Source: Lingula anatina
Taxonomy: Eukaryota > Animalia > Brachiopoda
DNA length: 64,000 nt
Direction: 5' to 3'
Assembly: GCA_051362555.1 (NCBI GenBank)
Contig: CM120640.1
Location: forward strand, 56,274,788-56,338,787
Shown: positions 60,482-64,000 of the stretch, piece by piece
Numbering within the stretch: the stretch's first letter is position 1
Layout of the letters: the number at the start of each line of letters is the position of its first letter
Notes under the pieces: generated by a model
The model's input: only the letters and a program-made list of their open reading frames with translations
Database searches by the model: none
Told to the model about the DNA's origin: nothing
Program-made: the position numbers and the translations under genes

Positions 60482-60992
60482 TCATACATCAGCCACACTC
60501 TTCAGTAAGGTGTGCACCATCTCTGGTGTTTTCATGTGTGGGTCTATGACTACTGCTCTCCTCTCTGATCTGGCCAGCTGTCTTTCCAGTTCACAGAACC
60601 CCTTATCTCCAGACAGCACTGTGAATGGGATATGTTTGGGAAGGACAGCATCCATCTTTCCAACCTAGAACAATTTAATAGAAACTAAAAGGTTTCCATG
60701 GATAAAATATCTGGAGAACTTGGTGTACTTTCATGAAAGAATTTTTTGAATAACAAAATAGAAAAGAAAAACCCACAATAATCTCAATTTAGTACACTAG
60801 TGGTCACTTTTCCTGCCTTGTCAAAGGTATGAATGTGAAAAGAAGCATACTGTATTGACAATAAACCAATTAAGGTGGATGGTTAAATTAACCTGCAGAC
60901 ATATGGCAAAGTCAGCAGCATCTTTGGTCGTCCCACACCTTCCATGCAGGTGAAACCAACCATTTTTCACCAAAACAGAAAAGGGAAGGAAA
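60482..60992 (-). CDS. ZNF451: Last two exons (60992-60893, 60664-60482) of a ZNF451-like protein with a C-terminal PIN-like domain; upstream exons not found in the window
   Basis: The spliced peptide FHLHGRCGTTKDAADFAICLQ|VGKMDAVLPKHIPFTVLSGDKGFCELERQL...VIDPH closely matches the vertebrate ZNF451 C-terminus as I recall it (KDAADFAICMHAGRLDEQLPKQIPFTILSGDQGFLELE). Confidence 0.8.
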
Positions 60993-61699
60993 CTGAAATG
61001 GAACAGTTCTTTATCGAATGATGAAGCTGTTAGGCCTGAACATTTACAAGGCAGCAAAGCTGTCAAATGTACAGACAAAAAAACAGAAAATAATGATGCA
61101 AAATAGGTCATTTTGTCAATTTTGATGCAATAATAAATAATGCTTATAATAGCACTGTTAGTCAATTTTGAATTTTAATCATGCACAACAGGTAACATGG
61201 GCAATAACAGGAAACGGACCCAGAGATATTTTCTGGCAGTATTCCAAAGTATCTTTGTTGATCCATCCTCCATTTTGATTGTCTTCCAACAGAAGAAAAA
61301 TAAATATCGGTCAATATAAACTTAAAAACCCGACCGTCTTCCGGAAGACCCAGAAGATGGTCTCAATCCATCCCTTCAATAAGATTACACTTTCAGGACC
61401 ATGAGAGTTTCAAATTCACATGATGAAAGTCCCAATATTTGAAAAATGATGACAGTGCATAAAATAATATTACACAATGTTTAAAGACATAAAAACCAAT
61501 ATAACTGCTTATGTGGAAATACAGAAAATGTGCAGAGCCTCAGGCAGATGGGAGTTAAAAGTCACAAATGCCAGTGTTTCAGAAAAAATTAAAAAGGAAA
61601 ACATAACAAAACTAGAAAAGCACTCTGAGAGTGCAGACCTCTGCCAAGGCAGCATTTTTTGATAATTATTGATTATTGATAGATTATTGATCCGAACCA

Positions 61700-61840
61700 C
61701 CACCAAAAACTAATCATTGTCCTCCTTGACCCACTTCTGACAGTTCCTGAAAATTTCATCAAAATCGGTCCATAACTTTTTGAGTAATGTTGATGACAGA
61801 CAAACAGGGGTGAAAACATAGCCTCCTTGGCAGAGGTAAA
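61700..61840 (+). mobile_element. End of a Helitron/Helentron-like non-autonomous element
   Basis: AAATTTCATCAAAATCGGTCCATAACTTTTTGAGTAATG...GACAGACAAAC...AAAACATAGCCTCCTTGGCAGAGGTAA, with a short terminal hairpin. The pattern is typical of these invertebrate repeats; recognised from memory. Confidence 0.55.
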
Positions 61841-61885
61841 TATAATTCCAATGAAGCTGCTACATAAACTTATAATCTTTGAGTT

Positions 61886-61887
<2 letters not shown>

Positions 61888-61959
<72 letters not shown>
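61888..61959. repeat. (TA)n microsatellite
   Basis: Perfect dinucleotide run. Confidence 0.95.
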
Positions 61960-61966
<7 letters not shown>

Positions 61967-63489
61967 TCACTGCTTCCTTATTATTAATCTAGCAGAGAGC
62001 TTAACCTTTGGGAGTTTACAAGGAAATATCAACAAGTGTGCTTTATGTAATCTCATTTAATGGCCTATTAATAAGGCAAATGACTTTATAACTTTATAAC
62101 TTAGCCTAGTGATACCCAAGGGAAATTTACAGACCGACCCTCTCAAAGGTCTTCAGGCCCATAAGTCACACCTTAAGAAGCACAAAACAATAATGCACAA
62201 AATAGGAGACTATCAATTCTGATGCAATAATACATTATGTTTAACTGCACAGTCAACATCAAATTTTAATTATGCACAACAGGTAACACCGACGAAAGTA
62301 GAAGCATAAGGCTTCAGGCCCATCAGAGTTCAAGTTTATACAGTTTAGAAAGTGCCAGAATGAGAAAAATGAAAATTTCACAAAAAATGCATAAATTTAA
62401 TAAAAATGATAATCTAATAGAGCTGGTTTTCTAATATGAGCTGTACATGTATGTCAATCCTAAGAATCATTCTTGTAAGACTAGTTGAAAAAATAGAAAG
62501 AAACAGTTTTCTTTCCATAACGTTAATGGTGGCAGTGCACAAAGTAGGTTTTTTGTCCATTTTGATGCAACATTACATAATGATTAACTGTATAAATACC
62601 ACCTATTTTAAAATGTCTACTATTAAAAACATGGACATTAAAAAAATGTGATTACCACTGGGCTTCATGCCCAAGGGAGCTCTAAGTCCCACATTGAAAA
62701 TTTCAGTATGTGAAAGAAAAAAATTTTCACAAAAAAAAAAAAAAAAAAAAAACTCTATAACTTCCAGAAAATTAACTAATGAGACAGATTTTCCAACTGA
62801 AGCTGTATTTCAGTCCTATTTTTCTTTCCCTTAAGTGTAAAAAGAGCAAGTGACATGGTTTTCCTTTCACAGTCACTACGGAGGCAGTGCCCAAAATAGG
62901 ATTTTGTTCAATTTTGATGCAATATTACACAATGCCTAACAGCATAATAACCATCAGTTTTTTAATGATAAAATAAAACTATCATGGATATTCACAAAAT
63001 GTGTCTAGCCAATAGAGTTCAGACACACTTTGAAAATCCCAAAATCTAAACAAGAGAAACTGTATTGAAAAGAGTTAATTTCCATTTTCAATACCTTTTT
63101 TTACATAAAAAAAATAATCGATTTACTGTCATTTTTATGTGATCAATTAAAATATGTTGTCAAAGAAAATTTTCAATAGAACAAATCTTAATGTCCAACT
63201 TGCTCCATTCTGAGATTCTTAACTTAGTGAATGATTGAGTCTGACCAACTGCAATGATATGAGTTCCTTTCCATTTTTGATACTTTATTAAACAATGCAC
63301 AATAAAAGGTGTACTGTCATTTTTATATAATCAACTAACAATATTTTTAAGAAGCAGAGAATGTCAAACAAACACTTTTACATGTCTAATTTGTTCCATA
63401 ATGAGACTTTTAACATGCCTAAAAATTAAATCTGAAGAAAAACCACTTATATACAAAAAGGCTAATAACTTCATCAAAACTTAACTGAT

Positions 63490-64000
63490 CAACCTTATTT
63501 TCAAACTTGATCTGTATATTAGTCAGACTGATCACTCCTGTGAGTTTCAAGACAAAAGGCTGATTGGTTTTCCTTAAAATGCGTTATCAGTGTTGCATAT
63601 ATGCAGAATGGAAAAAAAAAGCATAACTTTTAATTTGTAAAAATAGTCCAATCAAGCCAATTTTCAAACTTGACCTGTGTATTATGAATATTCATCAGTT
63701 CTGTAAGTTTCAAGCCAAAAGGTAAAATGGTTTTCCACTTATCGTGTTATCGGTGCTGCATATATGCTGAAAAAAGTGAAAAACAGCATAAATTCCCTAA
63801 AAATGACCCGATCATGCTGATTTTCGAACTTGACCTGCGCATTATGAATATTCATCAGTTCTGTAAGTTTCAAGCCAAAAGGTAAAATGGTTTTCCACTT
63901 ATCGTGTTATCGGTGCTGCATATATGCTGAAAAAAGTGAAAAAACAGCATAAATTCCCTAAAAGTGACCCGATCATGCTGATTTTCGAACTTGACCTGCG
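63490..64000. repeat. ~160-bp tandem repeat array running off the window end
   Basis: TTTTC(A/G)AACTTGA recurs at ~63499, 63661, 63821 and 63982. The first unit is diverged; later units are near-identical. Confidence 0.92.

Overview
AT-rich, intron-containing animal genomic DNA. Gene content and repeat types suggest an invertebrate, probably a lophotrochozoan or mollusc (inference). I modelled the genes by hand from GT-AG boundaries. In order: the 3' part of an SLC6 neurotransmitter:sodium symporter (+), a 5-exon bacterial-like Sulfotransfer_3 sulfotransferase (-), TMEM59 (+), an orphan anion-selective Cys-loop channel subunit (+), a small Cys-rich ORF or pseudogene absent from the ORF track (+), HDAC1/2 (Rpd3) (+), an axotactin/neurexin-superfamily gene (-), and the last two exons of a ZNF451-like PIN-domain gene (-). 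Between them lie two decayed Tc1/mariner elements (one inside an L2/CR1-type LINE), several MITEs, a 70-bp minisatellite and a ~160-bp satellite. The main signal is in HDAC1/2. Its exon 2 occurs as two intact, synonymously diverged 113-nt copies that cannot both be included in frame. The intron between them is closed by a ~25-bp long-range complementary stem, and the loop holds six GCATG (Rbfox-type) motifs. This is a candidate RNA-structure-controlled mutually exclusive splicing switch in a core chromatin enzyme. The neighbouring axotactin-like gene separately has two alternative transmembrane exons split by a 64-nt intron, plus a minisatellite that multiplies one of its splice donors. No expression data or database searches were available.
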